From the NCBI RefSeq assembly GCF_965240435.1, contig NZ_CBDEKO010000003.1: DNA of 64,000 bases; one strand, given 5' to 3'. Of this stretch, positions 1-9,591 are shown piece after piece. Each line of letters starts with the position of its first letter. Within the stretch, counting starts at the first letter, position 1. Under the pieces are notes generated by a model. That model was not told where the DNA came from and made no database searches. It worked only from the letters and a program-made list of their open reading frames with translations. A program made the position numbers and the translations under genes. Source of the stretch: Moorena producens. GTDB lineage: Bacteria > Cyanobacteriota > Cyanobacteriia > Cyanobacteriales > Coleofasciculaceae.

Positions 1-686
1 CGTGGTTTGCGCTTGCCCGTATGCAAATATGTGGTCACTCTCATCTGGACATTCTCAATAGCACTTTCCTGAATGGAGACATCAAGATGTTGGCCTTCAC
101 CTCCATCCCCACGCTGAAACAGTGCCATCAGGGTGCCCAAGTAGGCATACATACCAGCCGTGTACTGGCTAACAGCTGGTCCGGAGGCCAACGGTGGCTT
201 ATCTGTATCACCCGTTGACTCCATGCAGCCACTCATGGCGTATAGAATCGCTTCATTGGTTTGATAATCCCGATACGGCCCATTTTGACCAAAATTAGAA
301 ATAGAGGTCATGACAATAGCAGGATTAATCTCTTTAACCTCATCGTAACTTAACCCTAGCTTAGGCATAATAGTGGGAGCAAAATTCTCGACTAAAACAT
401 CTGCCTCTGCAATCAGTTGTTTGAGGATTTCAATTCCCTTTGGTGTTTCGAGATCAAGAGTTACACTTTTTTTCCCCCCGTTGAGCCAATGAAAAGGAAT
501 ACTTCGCTCAATACCTGGTTTGTTGCCTACGAATGGGCTTATGTGTCGAACGGGATCGCCACTGCTAGGTGATTCAACTTTTATAACCTCAGCACCAAAC
601 CCAGCTAAGAGCTTTGTACAATATGGACCCGCTATATATTGAGTCAAATCGATAACTTTTAAATCAGACAAAGCACCTTGGCTCAT
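1..686 (-). CDS. CoA-transferase family III (CaiB/BaiF-like), gene 3' end cut by window edge
   Basis: By-eye minus-strand translation from ATG (complement of 684-686, preceded by GGAGA RBS) gives MSQGALSDLKVIDLTQYIAGPYCTKLLAGFGAEVIKVESP...GRYRDYQTNEA..., typical of family III CoA transferases. Absent from the ORF track because it runs off position 1. Confidence 0.65.
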   Translation of the reverse strand, partial: MSQGALSDLKVIDLTQYIAGPYCTKLLAGFGAEVIKVESPSSGDPVRHISPFVGNKPGIERSIPFHWLNGGKKSVTLDLETPKGIEILKQLIAEADVLVENFAPTIMPKLGLSYDEVKEINPAIVMTSISNFGQNGPYRDYQTNEAILYAMSGCMESTGDTDKPPLASGPAVSQYTAGMYAYLGTLMALFQRGDGGEGQHLDVSIQESAIENVQMRVTTYLHTGKRKP

Positions 687-794
687 TACTTCTCCTTTTT
701 GTTCGGAAAATTTACTATTAAAAATGTTAAATATCGAGGTATGATATTCCTGGTAACTATCAATTTATATCGGTTGTTTCAGCGTCAAAATCCG

Positions 795-1541
795 TTAGTC
801 AATCCGCAGCCGATGTTCGTAAAGTTTTTGGTAATAAGGCAAGCAATATTTGTAGGCTTGCTTTAAGCGATCGTTATCCTCCACCGTTTCATAGTTGTTT
901 TCTTTCTGCTTTCGTTCTCTTAACCCCTTGCTAGTCTTAACAGAACTATGCCACAACCCATCTTGCCAGTGGTTAATTTCTGGTCGAGATTTTGGTGCCC
1001 AACTTAAGGCTTCTGGAATAAAACGGATCCCCACTGCATCACAATATGCTTTAATGGTTGCATCTGGCTGTTCGAGCAGATCATCAGAGTCGATTAAGAT
1101 GGGTGTTTTACCACTAATATCTCCAGCCATCATAAAGTAACGATACAAAGGTTCATACCCAGTTTCTTCTAGGGTGAAATCTGGCCATAGGTAGTGCAAT
1201 GAAGGAAGCATTTTAGCTGGATCTCTTATCAAAAACGTGTTATCTAACTCAGCCACAAATTCAGGTTCTATTAAATTGCTGATATAGTAGGGCATATCTT
1301 TGATAAACACCTTGTGCTGTTTGGCTTCTTCCCGCAACCTTTCCCTTGTGGCTTGATAGTTATACTCAGCTTTGATTTCAGCATCTGGATAACGATTGGT
1401 ATTGCGCCGTTCTTCGCTATTGTAAAATGAAAGACCATAGGGTTCGTGGAAAACCAGAAAATCTCCTCGTTCTCGCATCATGCACTCAAAGGCAGTAGAT
1501 CGAGTGCGAAAGTTAGTCCACAGGGCTAAAATTTTACTCAT
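795..1541 (-). CDS. Sulfotransferase family protein
   Basis: ORF track 248 aa. N-terminal RTRSTAF resembles the PAPS 5'-phosphosulfate-binding loop, and a later LIRDPAKMLPSLHY resembles the 3'-phosphate-binding motif of the Sulfotransfer_3 family. Confidence 0.55.
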   Translation of the reverse strand: MSKILALWTNFRTRSTAFECMMRERGDFLVFHEPYGLSFYNSEERRNTNRYPDAEIKAEYNYQATRERLREEAKQHKVFIKDMPYYISNLIEPEFVAELDNTFLIRDPAKMLPSLHYLWPDFTLEETGYEPLYRYFMMAGDISGKTPILIDSDDLLEQPDATIKAYCDAVGIRFIPEALSWAPKSRPEINHWQDGLWHSSVKTSKGLRERKQKENNYETVEDNDRLKQAYKYCLPYYQKLYEHRLRID

Positions 1542-1574
1542 GATTCTGTCTGATCTTTGGTTATATGCAAATCA

Positions 1575-2675
1575 TTAATACACCGCGATCGCTTCACCCA
1601 AAACATCAAGTATTGGCTCTACACCAAGCCCTGGAGCTTCTGGCGCAAAAGTCTTACCCCCTTGATTCCGCGCACCACCTGTAGCTGTGTCAATTGTGAG
1701 CATATCATGGCATAACCAAGTTGCCCGCAAGTGGGTTTCTGGGGTACTCTGAGCCAGATGTACAGCTCCCGTATCTGCAATTACACTACCACCAGTTTCT
1801 TCAATGTTCATCCGAATCCCCGTTTCCACACAAAAATCTCGGATGCGCTTGGCTTTAGTTAATCCTCCAACCCGATTAATCTTCAGGCCAATAGCCTCAC
1901 AAGCACGGTCACCTTGAGCGCGGACAATATCGCCATACCGCTGAATACATTCATCGAGGATAATGGGATGAGAAGTTACTTGACGCAGTTGCAGACATTC
2001 TTCATAGGTTTCACAGGGCTGTTCAAAATACAGAATTGGCTCGGTTACTGAGTTCATCACCCGCATCCCTTCATCTACTAACCAAGCTCGATTTACATCG
2101 AAAGTTGCACTTTCATTGGCAGGTAAATAAGCACCAATCGCTTTGATTCTCTCAATGTCTAGAGCCACATCTGCTCCAATCTTACAAGTATGGACGATGT
2201 AGCCTTTTTCTTGACCCCTTTTAATGGATTCAATCATTTCCTCTGGGGTACCCGTGGGAACAGAATTTTGGATGGTTATGGCTTGGTCGATACGACCACC
2301 AAATAGTTCACACAGAGGCAATCCCGTTGCTTTACCCAAGATATCCCAACAAGCCATATCTAGAGCAGATTTAATATAGGGATGACCTGGTAGAGCAATA
2401 TCCATCGTCCGATAGATTAAATCAGTGCGTCTGGGATCTAATCCCAGGAGTTGAGGGGCTAACTCTTCAATTCCAGCCCTGATACCCCGCCCAAAAGCAG
2501 GTAAATAAGTGGAACCCCAAGGGCATCCTTCTCCCCAACCTCGGATTCCTTCATCTGTATCGATAGCAACGATGGTGGAATCAAGTTTATCAAAGTACAA
2601 CCTACCTCCTGATAGTCGGTAAGGATGCTCTAGGGGTAAGGTGACTTGATAGACAGAAATTCGTGATATTTTCAT
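1575..2675 (-). CDS. Mandelate racemase/muconate lactonizing enzyme (enolase superfamily) protein
   Basis: ORF track 366 aa. Capping domain plus TIM barrel with a KIGADV...LDECI...acid-residue pattern typical of MR/MLE-like dipeptide epimerases/dehydratases. Confidence 0.7.
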   Translation of the reverse strand: MKISRISVYQVTLPLEHPYRLSGGRLYFDKLDSTIVAIDTDEGIRGWGEGCPWGSTYLPAFGRGIRAGIEELAPQLLGLDPRRTDLIYRTMDIALPGHPYIKSALDMACWDILGKATGLPLCELFGGRIDQAITIQNSVPTGTPEEMIESIKRGQEKGYIVHTCKIGADVALDIERIKAIGAYLPANESATFDVNRAWLVDEGMRVMNSVTEPILYFEQPCETYEECLQLRQVTSHPIILDECIQRYGDIVRAQGDRACEAIGLKINRVGGLTKAKRIRDFCVETGIRMNIEETGGSVIADTGAVHLAQSTPETHLRATWLCHDMLTIDTATGGARNQGGKTFAPEAPGLGVEPILDVLGEAIAVY

Positions 2676-2682
2676 AATATTT

Positions 2683-3567
2683 TTAACTTCTTTTTAAACT
2701 AACGAAGTTATGGGGAATAATCTCACCATCTTTAAGAACTTTAGCCATTTTATAGCCCAGGTCAGTTTGAACATCCTTACTAGTAGCTTCTATGAGGGAG
2801 TATGTCCCCTCAAGTAAAACTTTTGAGTGGCGGGATTGAGAATCTACGAAACGCATCACGTATGCCATCCTCGATGGCAATGGTCCCGCTTTTAAGGCAC
2901 AGCTTTTGTGCCAAACAAATTTGTCTAGCAAAAGGGCATCACCGACTTCAAAGTCATCTTCTAATTGATTATTTTCCAAAAGAAAAGTTTCCATATGATC
3001 AGCAAATTGGAAATCATAATTATTCAAATCTTCAGTTTTCAATAATTCTTCAAATTTATTCTGTTGTACTAATTGGTAAATAAAATTAAAATACTCACGG
3101 GCAGAATAAACTTGGCGAGACACATAGGCCATGCCTCCGTGTTGCTCTTTTGTATTAATCGGATCGAGGGGAATCCAGAGGGTATATCCTAAATCCTCTG
3201 GCCTAATGTAACAAAAGGAGTAAATGTCATGATGCCAAGGGAATCCTTTCTGATTTGCTTTTATCTCAAATGCGATTCCTTGCATGAAAGTTAGTCCGTT
3301 ATGGGCTAATTGTTTCATAACATATTGAAAATTCCTTGAAGAATAGATATCGTGTGTTACCCTTTCCTCAACGTCATAACCGATTTTTGAAACTTCTCCA
3401 GAGTAAAACCTGGGAGGGTTTTTCATTTGATTGGAGTTAGATGTTAGCTTCCGTAATTGAGCGGTAGCTTCACTTGTAAACAGTTTTTTGAGTTTGATAA
3501 ATCCATTCTCTGAAAAAGACTGTTTATCGTCTTGGGATAGAGTAATTTTATTGACTAATAAACCCAT
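2683..3567 (-). CDS. Phytanoyl-CoA dioxygenase (PhyH)-like Fe(II)/2-oxoglutarate dioxygenase
   Basis: ORF track 294 aa. WHHD (HxD iron-binding motif) and a distal H are present. The length and layout resemble the PhyH family. Confidence 0.55.
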   Translation of the reverse strand: MGLLVNKITLSQDDKQSFSENGFIKLKKLFTSEATAQLRKLTSNSNQMKNPPRFYSGEVSKIGYDVEERVTHDIYSSRNFQYVMKQLAHNGLTFMQGIAFEIKANQKGFPWHHDIYSFCYIRPEDLGYTLWIPLDPINTKEQHGGMAYVSRQVYSAREYFNFIYQLVQQNKFEELLKTEDLNNYDFQFADHMETFLLENNQLEDDFEVGDALLLDKFVWHKSCALKAGPLPSRMAYVMRFVDSQSRHSKVLLEGTYSLIEATSKDVQTDLGYKMAKVLKDGEIIPHNFVSLKRS

Positions 3568-3680
3568 GTAATTTAATTCTATTTATGTTATGGTTTTCAG
3601 CTCACCTTAAAATAATCATTGCTACCTTTACTAATTACACAGATAATCAGCCTATTCAAATCAACTTTAAACTATTGATT

Positions 3681-4994
3681 TTAAGCACTAAGATGTGCGA
3701 GAAATTTGGTTATGACTGGAAGCTTGGCTTGGCTGCCAAAATTAAAGGATTTTATCTTCTCAACAATTTCTGGATTAGGTTGATAAGTATCAATATTATC
3801 AGATACCCAACAGGTTCCAACACTCCAACGAATCACATCCACTAATAATTCATCGGTCAGTCCCATATTTTTTCCTAACTGATTAGCTTCCCCTAAGACT
3901 AAGTAATTAATATAAGCCATAAAATCCGTCAGAGATTGAGCAATATCCATTAACTTCTCATCTTCTAATGGTTCCGGCGGTGCATATTCTAATTGATAGG
4001 GAAGAGGTTTAATTCGCCCAAAACTATCCTTTACTCTTTCTTCAGAATGAACGTAACTCCGATCTAAACCATAAGGAGAAGGAGCCGTAAAACCAGGTAG
4101 CCGCAAATCTAAATTATTGTCTTCTTCAACTAATTTAGTGACTTTCACATGATTATCATGGGCTTCATATTTTTGCCCCGCTTCCCGATATCGCTCTTCA
4201 ACAATACGCCCTAGAGGTAAAGGAACATTCAGTTCATCAGCTAATTTTACCGTTAAATCCGTATCTTTTACCGTAATTTCTAAGGAACAGGAATAATCAT
4301 AACTGCCATCAAAAATAAAGGGGGTTACTTGCTCTGTCACCACACTATTCCCTTTGGACGATCGGATATAATCCCACATCCATAGCATATTTATATTATT
4401 GATTTTACATATCATCAGAGCTTCCCCTAATGTCAACATTTGCGCATAAAATAACAAGTTGGTTAACAGTTTTACAGTTTGAGCTTCACCAATGGTGTTA
4501 CTAACAAAGAAAGAAATTTTTCCAATCCCATCGAGGGTTTCTTTACTGAGATCGTAGCCTTCCCGATCTCCACTAACATAGAAACTAGCATTACAAAAAT
4601 CTACACCCATGTGGGAGAGATTGCTCACGGGAGATTCTAAACTGAATAGTCCTTTTTTAGCTGCTTCTTGTGCTATATGTTGAGTGTTATGGTAGTCAGT
4701 TGTGGAGAAATCCATCCAAGTTGCACCAGGTCTCATGCCTTCTACTGCCCCAGTTTCTCCTAACATATTTTCTAATACATGATGGGGTAAGGGTAAATTG
4801 GTAATCACCAGATCGGCACCTTGAGCAACTTCCTTGGCACTATCTTTCCAAACTGCTCCTGCTGCGATCACTGTTTTTGCGGCTTCTGGATACTTATCAT
4901 AAACTTGAACTTGATACCCATCCTTCAGCAGTTTGTATATCTGCTGTTTGCCCATGGCTCCTGTACCAATATAGCCAATTTTTTGCTTAGTCAT
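3681..4994 (-). CDS. NAD(P)-dependent beta-hydroxyacid (3-hydroxyisobutyrate/6PGDH-like) dehydrogenase with ~150-aa C-terminal extension
   Basis: ORF track 437 aa. N-terminal IGYIGTGAMG Rossmann motif. The C-terminal ~70 aa is homologous to the gene remnant at 8762-8974. Confidence 0.6.
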   Translation of the reverse strand: MTKQKIGYIGTGAMGKQQIYKLLKDGYQVQVYDKYPEAAKTVIAAGAVWKDSAKEVAQGADLVITNLPLPHHVLENMLGETGAVEGMRPGATWMDFSTTDYHNTQHIAQEAAKKGLFSLESPVSNLSHMGVDFCNASFYVSGDREGYDLSKETLDGIGKISFFVSNTIGEAQTVKLLTNLLFYAQMLTLGEALMICKINNINMLWMWDYIRSSKGNSVVTEQVTPFIFDGSYDYSCSLEITVKDTDLTVKLADELNVPLPLGRIVEERYREAGQKYEAHDNHVKVTKLVEEDNNLDLRLPGFTAPSPYGLDRSYVHSEERVKDSFGRIKPLPYQLEYAPPEPLEDEKLMDIAQSLTDFMAYINYLVLGEANQLGKNMGLTDELLVDVIRWSVGTCWVSDNIDTYQPNPEIVEKIKSFNFGSQAKLPVITKFLAHLSA

Positions 4995-5059
4995 AATATC
5001 CTAATTGTGTCAGAATTTGTTAATTGCTATCAGTGTTTAAAGGTGATCCAATTCGCAGT

Positions 5060-6130
5060 TTATAGTTGCTCTAAAGTAATGACAACTTTACCACAGAAGC
5101 TTTTGCTTTGGAAAAACGTTTGAGCGGCATGGATTTGAGAAAGGGGAAAAGTTTTATAAACTACTGGTTTCAAACGATTGTTATTAATATAATTGACTAA
5201 ATTTTGAAATACTGTGGCTTCCATGCGAGTAGCACCAATCATTTCTAAATCTTTGTAAATGAGTTCCCTTAAGTCAAGTTGGACGAGGGGCCCGGCAATG
5301 GCACCACAGCTCACATACCTTCCTCCCACTTTCAGCTTCTTGAGTAATTGTGGAAAATACACTCCACCAACAGTATCAAGATATGCCGTAATGGGATGAT
5401 GATCTAAAGAATCATTTAAATTTTTGTTGCGATCATAAACAAAATCTGCTCCAAGTTTCTGGACAAAGGCTTGCTTAGTGTGGCTTGCGATCGCAATTAC
5501 CGTCGCCCCCCGCAGTTTGCACAGTTGAATCAAAGCACTGCCTACTCCTCCAGAAGCGCCCATAATCAGTACCGTATCAGTGGCAGTAATGCGACCTTTG
5601 ACCAGCATATTTTCGGCGGTGGAATAGGAGCAGGGAAAGCAGGCCAGTTCAAGGTCAGATAGGGGTGAGTGGATTGGATAAACGTTGGAAGCGGGAATAA
5701 CTGCATATTCCGCAAAGCCGCCATCTACTTCGCTGCCAACATAGCGATCGCTTCCAGAAGACTCAGCTCGAATCCAGGGATCCACCATCACCCTTTGCTC
5801 CAGCAGCTTGGGGTCAACATCGACACCGACCTCAACCACTTTGCCAACAATATCAGCCCCTTGAATCCGAGGAAATTGGATTGCGGTTTGTCCCCAACCA
5901 GTGGAAGTATGAATAGTTGTTGTGGCGGTATCTTGCAGAACCGCTTCAAACTCCTGTTCTGCGGTATACCAGCCCGTGCGGGTGTTCAAGTCCGTGTTAT
6001 TCACAGAACAAGCTCCCACTTGAATCAGAACCTCTCCCGCTTGGGGCGAGGGTTTAGCCACTTGGGTATAAACTAATTTGTCCGCTCCTCCGTGGCCAGT
6101 AAGAAGAGCCGCATTCATGAGCTGGGTCAT
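5060..6130 (-). CDS. Medium-chain dehydrogenase/reductase (zinc-binding alcohol dehydrogenase / quinone oxidoreductase family)
   Basis: ORF track 356 aa. GroES-like N-terminus and a GASGGVGS cofactor-binding motif. Confidence 0.7.
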   Translation of the reverse strand: MTQLMNAALLTGHGGADKLVYTQVAKPSPQAGEVLIQVGACSVNNTDLNTRTGWYTAEQEFEAVLQDTATTTIHTSTGWGQTAIQFPRIQGADIVGKVVEVGVDVDPKLLEQRVMVDPWIRAESSGSDRYVGSEVDGGFAEYAVIPASNVYPIHSPLSDLELACFPCSYSTAENMLVKGRITATDTVLIMGASGGVGSALIQLCKLRGATVIAIASHTKQAFVQKLGADFVYDRNKNLNDSLDHHPITAYLDTVGGVYFPQLLKKLKVGGRYVSCGAIAGPLVQLDLRELIYKDLEMIGATRMEATVFQNLVNYINNNRLKPVVYKTFPLSQIHAAQTFFQSKSFCGKVVITLEQL

Positions 6131-6268
6131 CAGAAAAACTCCGGGAGTTTGGAAACCGCCGACTTCTAGTCACAGCAAAGGGCTTACACCGGAATTCATC
6201 TGTCCGCCTCCCTGGAGACTCCCGCTATAATCTTTGATTTAGCGGTGAGAGGAAAGGGAGGACAGGGT

Positions 6269-7543
6269 TTAAATTGTATAGGCATAACCATCCTTTTTGT
6301 GAATTGGCTGACAATATTTATGACTAATTCCTTGAATCAATCCGTTAGCAGTTGAAATATTGAATGACCCGGTTTTGCGAGTGGCAACCCGTCCAACGTA
6401 AGTTCCAATTTTCTTGCCTTTAGTGACAACTGCTTTGACAATATCTCCGGTCTGAAAACCTTTGTGAATCTTAGTTATTGAACAGTACCTCTTCGGAAAA
6501 CCGAACTTATCTGTTCGGCAGATTTGACGAGTTCCGTGACCTTTAGCCTCAATCAATAGAGGTTGATAATTCTCAACATAAATGCTTTGAACATTCCCCA
6601 CACAGGCGGCATCAAGCCAATGTGTTTTAGGTAGGTTAAACCGACACCGATTGTATTTAGTACGACCTCCCGAACCGGTTTCTAATGGGTTACCGGTAGA
6701 TTTGAGTTCTTTGTAAAGCTTCCAGCGAGTAGCATTAACCGCAGCAGCATCAGCTAAAGGTCGTTTGGCTTGAGACAGAATTCGTTTCAAAACATCAGGC
6801 TTCCCTGACAAGAACTGTTTAATCTCCTGGTTTCCTTTAGCCTGATTACAATCGTGACAAGCAATTGCCAGATTGCTAACTCTGTCGGAACCCCCTAAAG
6901 ATTTGGGCTTGATATGTTCGATTTCCAACTTGGTATCCGTTGTACCACAGTAAGCGCATTTACGGTTCCATTTTTCAAGCAAGTATTCTCGAATTTCGTA
7001 GCCGTACAATGTACCTTGCTGATACTCAGTACCAGAGATTTCTGGGTTTTCCATCTTCTGAGTGTCAAACCGTACCAACTCCTGAGAAATACCCGCTATC
7101 GGACAAAACCGAATCAGTTTTTTAACCCAAGTCAGGATGTTATGAACTCTAGACATTAAACTAGGCGCTAACCACCTCTCGGGACGTTTCCGATTAAGAA
7201 AGCGAGGTTTTCTATAACGAGTTTTACGGTTACGGCGAGAACGTCTTAATTGTCGTCTTGAGGTTAAAGCATCTCGGATTTGGAATCCACGATGCGTTAT
7301 TTCAGCACCCCAAATAACAGTGTTATTTTGCCGAATTGCTAAACCTGTTGTTTTTGCACCTGGGTCAATTTTTAACTGGTGATGATGAGTAGTACAGTTT
7401 TCTACCTCCAAATCTGACAGGATGATTGTAAATGGATACCTTCTAAACACTTTGGCTCTACCTTGTTTGAGCAATAATCTAGCTCTGGCGGGACGACAAG
7501 GGTCTAGTGTTTTAAGGTTTTTATCGAGTACAAAAACACGCAT
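6269..7543 (-). CDS. iscB: IscB, OMEGA RNA-guided HNH/RuvC nuclease
   Basis: ORF track 424 aa. N-terminal PLMP-like domain (MRVFVLDKNLKTLDPCRPARARLL...RRYPFTI). RuvC-I IDPGAKTTGLA. Arg-rich bridge helix RRQLRRSRRNRKTRYRKPRF. RuvC-II E. HNH block CAYCG...EIEHIKPKSLGGSDRVSNLAIACHDCNQAKGN. RuvC-III HWLDAAC. C-terminal TI-like domain. All catalytic residues appear intact. Confidence 0.85.
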   Translation of the reverse strand: MRVFVLDKNLKTLDPCRPARARLLLKQGRAKVFRRYPFTIILSDLEVENCTTHHHQLKIDPGAKTTGLAIRQNNTVIWGAEITHRGFQIRDALTSRRQLRRSRRNRKTRYRKPRFLNRKRPERWLAPSLMSRVHNILTWVKKLIRFCPIAGISQELVRFDTQKMENPEISGTEYQQGTLYGYEIREYLLEKWNRKCAYCGTTDTKLEIEHIKPKSLGGSDRVSNLAIACHDCNQAKGNQEIKQFLSGKPDVLKRILSQAKRPLADAAAVNATRWKLYKELKSTGNPLETGSGGRTKYNRCRFNLPKTHWLDAACVGNVQSIYVENYQPLLIEAKGHGTRQICRTDKFGFPKRYCSITKIHKGFQTGDIVKAVVTKGKKIGTYVGRVATRKTGSFNISTANGLIQGISHKYCQPIHKKDGYAYTI

Positions 7544-7860
7544 AATCGTGTTTCTCTCCTATTACTAGGGTGAAGTTCGCTGAGTGCTTCGCACACGCTT
7601 GCGCGAACGCCAATGTTTTTTGAGTTTGTCTTGCTAATAGCACTGTCCTAACCCGTTTACGACTGTTTAACTATTAACCACAGAGCAAAAGACTAGCGAC
7701 GCATCTAAGGGTGTGATAGCTCAAAAAACGGAGTACTTCGAGTACTTAGGCTGGTCACGTTATGAGCTTTTTCAAGCCCCCGTTATACCGCGATTAGCGG
7801 TTAACGGTGGGTTCGTGACTTCCAGTGCTGATCAGCCCCTTAGGCTGGATTGAACTAAAA
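7544..7860 (-). ncRNA. Candidate omegaRNA (IscB guide-RNA scaffold) directly 5' of iscB
   Basis: About 400 bp of non-coding sequence between the iscB start and the upstream gene, rich in stems on the minus strand (gttcgcgcaagcgtgtgcgaagc...gcgaac; gagtacttcgagtac palindrome). Direct repeat ctaaaaaaactc(aaa/aac) near 7850-7880 may mark the element boundary and guide-adjacent end. The 5' extent is unknown. Confidence 0.4.
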
Positions 7861-7977
7861 AAACTCAAACTAAAAAAACTCAACAAATACACCAGCTAAG
7901 GCGATCATATTGGCTTTCATTGTTCAACCCAACCTACGGGCTTCGCAACTTATAGTGCTGCGCTTACCATTCAGCGT

Positions 7978-8667
7978 TTAACAAACCCTAAAAGCCCAGT
8001 AGTGAGCACCTTCTTCAGCAATGTAAGGGCCGTCAATAATGGAGCTGACAAGCTTGGCCTTGTTTTGAGCTTGGAGTTGATCGCAAACCCCTTGAAAATC
8101 TGTGCTGTCGTAATAACTTTTACGAGTACTCACAACCACTAATCCCCCCGGCTTAGTAAAGCGAATCATTTCTTCGAGGGCTGTGGGAGGCACATGACCG
8201 AGGGTGAAAACTCCACAACTAATCGCAGCATCATAGCGATTATCCGGGTAGGTTTCGATGGGTTTAGTCATATCGCATCCTCCGGTTAAATTGCGATAAG
8301 CCTCGGTTTTTTCAGCTTCTTCAACCATGCCATGGGACAAATCAAACCCATCAACATTTTGATAGCCTTTGCGACGTAAAGCAATACCGACAAGGCCGGT
8401 ACCACAGCCTGCATCTAAAATTTCGATTTTCCGATTGCGTAAATTCAGAAACTTCCCATCGTGCTTGGGTAACAAATCCAAATAGGCAGCAATGTAATCC
8501 GGGCCACAATAGTCTTCATTATCCACATCTTGGTCATAGGCCCTTGACCATTGATCGTAGTATTGCTTAAGATCTTCAGCCTTTCCAGAAAGCTTGTGGG
8601 CTTCCTTAATCGCATCAAAACTATTAACTGTCTTAGCACTTTTGGGTTCAGCAATGGTTGTCGTCAA
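7978..8667 (-). CDS. Class I SAM-dependent methyltransferase
   Basis: ORF track 229 aa. Motif I ILDAGCGTG, and an acidic post-I motif. Confidence 0.7.
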   Translation of the reverse strand: MTTTIAEPKSAKTVNSFDAIKEAHKLSGKAEDLKQYYDQWSRAYDQDVDNEDYCGPDYIAAYLDLLPKHDGKFLNLRNRKIEILDAGCGTGLVGIALRRKGYQNVDGFDLSHGMVEEAEKTEAYRNLTGGCDMTKPIETYPDNRYDAAISCGVFTLGHVPPTALEEMIRFTKPGGLVVVSTRKSYYDSTDFQGVCDQLQAQNKAKLVSSIIDGPYIAEEGAHYWAFRVC

Positions 8668-8761
8668 AATAAATACCTCTTGTTGTTGACAACTTGTGAC
8701 ATCTCTGAAAGGGAGAGGGCGACAAGGTAAATATCAGCCCAACTCCTATTAAAAGAAACCT

Positions 8762-8974
8762 CTAGTGCGGAAGAGTTGCAAGAATTTTAGTCATCATCGG
8801 GTGATAAACCGCATGACAACATTGTTTTCCAAAGTCGAACTGCTTAATCTTGGCTAGGGATGGTTGGTCAGGATAATCGGAATCCTCGTGATCAGAGACC
8901 CGACTGGTAGCACAGCTCCACCAGATAACTTCCTTTAAGAGGTCTCTCGTTAAGCCCATATTTATCCCTAGCAT
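8762..8974 (-). pseudogene. Remnant (C-terminal ~70 aa) of a paralog of the dehydrogenase gene at 3681-4994
   Basis: LGINMGLTRDLLKEVIWWSCATSRVSD...KIKQFDFG aligns with LGKNMGLTDELLVDVIRWSVGTCWVSD...KIKSFNFG at the C-terminus of the 437-aa protein. No upstream homologous frame was seen. Confidence 0.5.
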
Positions 8975-9591
8975 TTAGGCCTCTTGTAGAATAACATACT
9001 TTGGGAAAGTGACAAATTTTTTGAGTGCTTTTGCGATTTCGTTCGTGCTGTAATCTAGCTATCACAAGGGATAGTTGTAGTTTTACAAAATTTTACGTTG
9101 GCCTCGGCGATAGTTGCTCTTCACTATCAACTGGGGGGCAATACCTATAGTATGTATCAATCCCATGAGGTACTTAAGCCGGTGAATTTTAGGGAGTAGG
9201 GAGTAGTGACGGCTGCCCCGACATGAAGGGGCTTCACCCATCACCGACTACATCAAGACAGGGATAATAAACTTGAATGTACTTGATAAGTAAAATTAAC
9301 GCTATAGTCTCGATTGACATGAGATTTTATCGGAGTTTGCGATTTTATTAAGTACATAGTTCTTAGTTTTAACGGAGTAAGAATTCCCCCTAACCCCCCT
9401 TAGGCGTTAGGCTGTGAGTCAAATATACAAATAATCAGAAACAGTTGGAGACAGTTGGTAACGATCGCCTCAATGGTCTATTTTCTTAGTCTGATTGGGA
9501 ATCACTGCGCCTCGTAAAAGCTCTACAATCTAACCGTAGCCCCATTCCTCGTGGCCTTAGCTAACACAAACGCTATGCCCGCAAATCTGTC

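Larger units (their letters stand above)
6131..7960. mobile_element. IscB-encoding IS200/IS605-derived element (no tnpA), inserted between the MDR gene and the methyltransferase gene
   Basis: Contains iscB and ~400 bp of non-coding leader. Imperfect subterminal hairpins lie at 6190-6265. Exact ends not determined. Confidence 0.45.
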
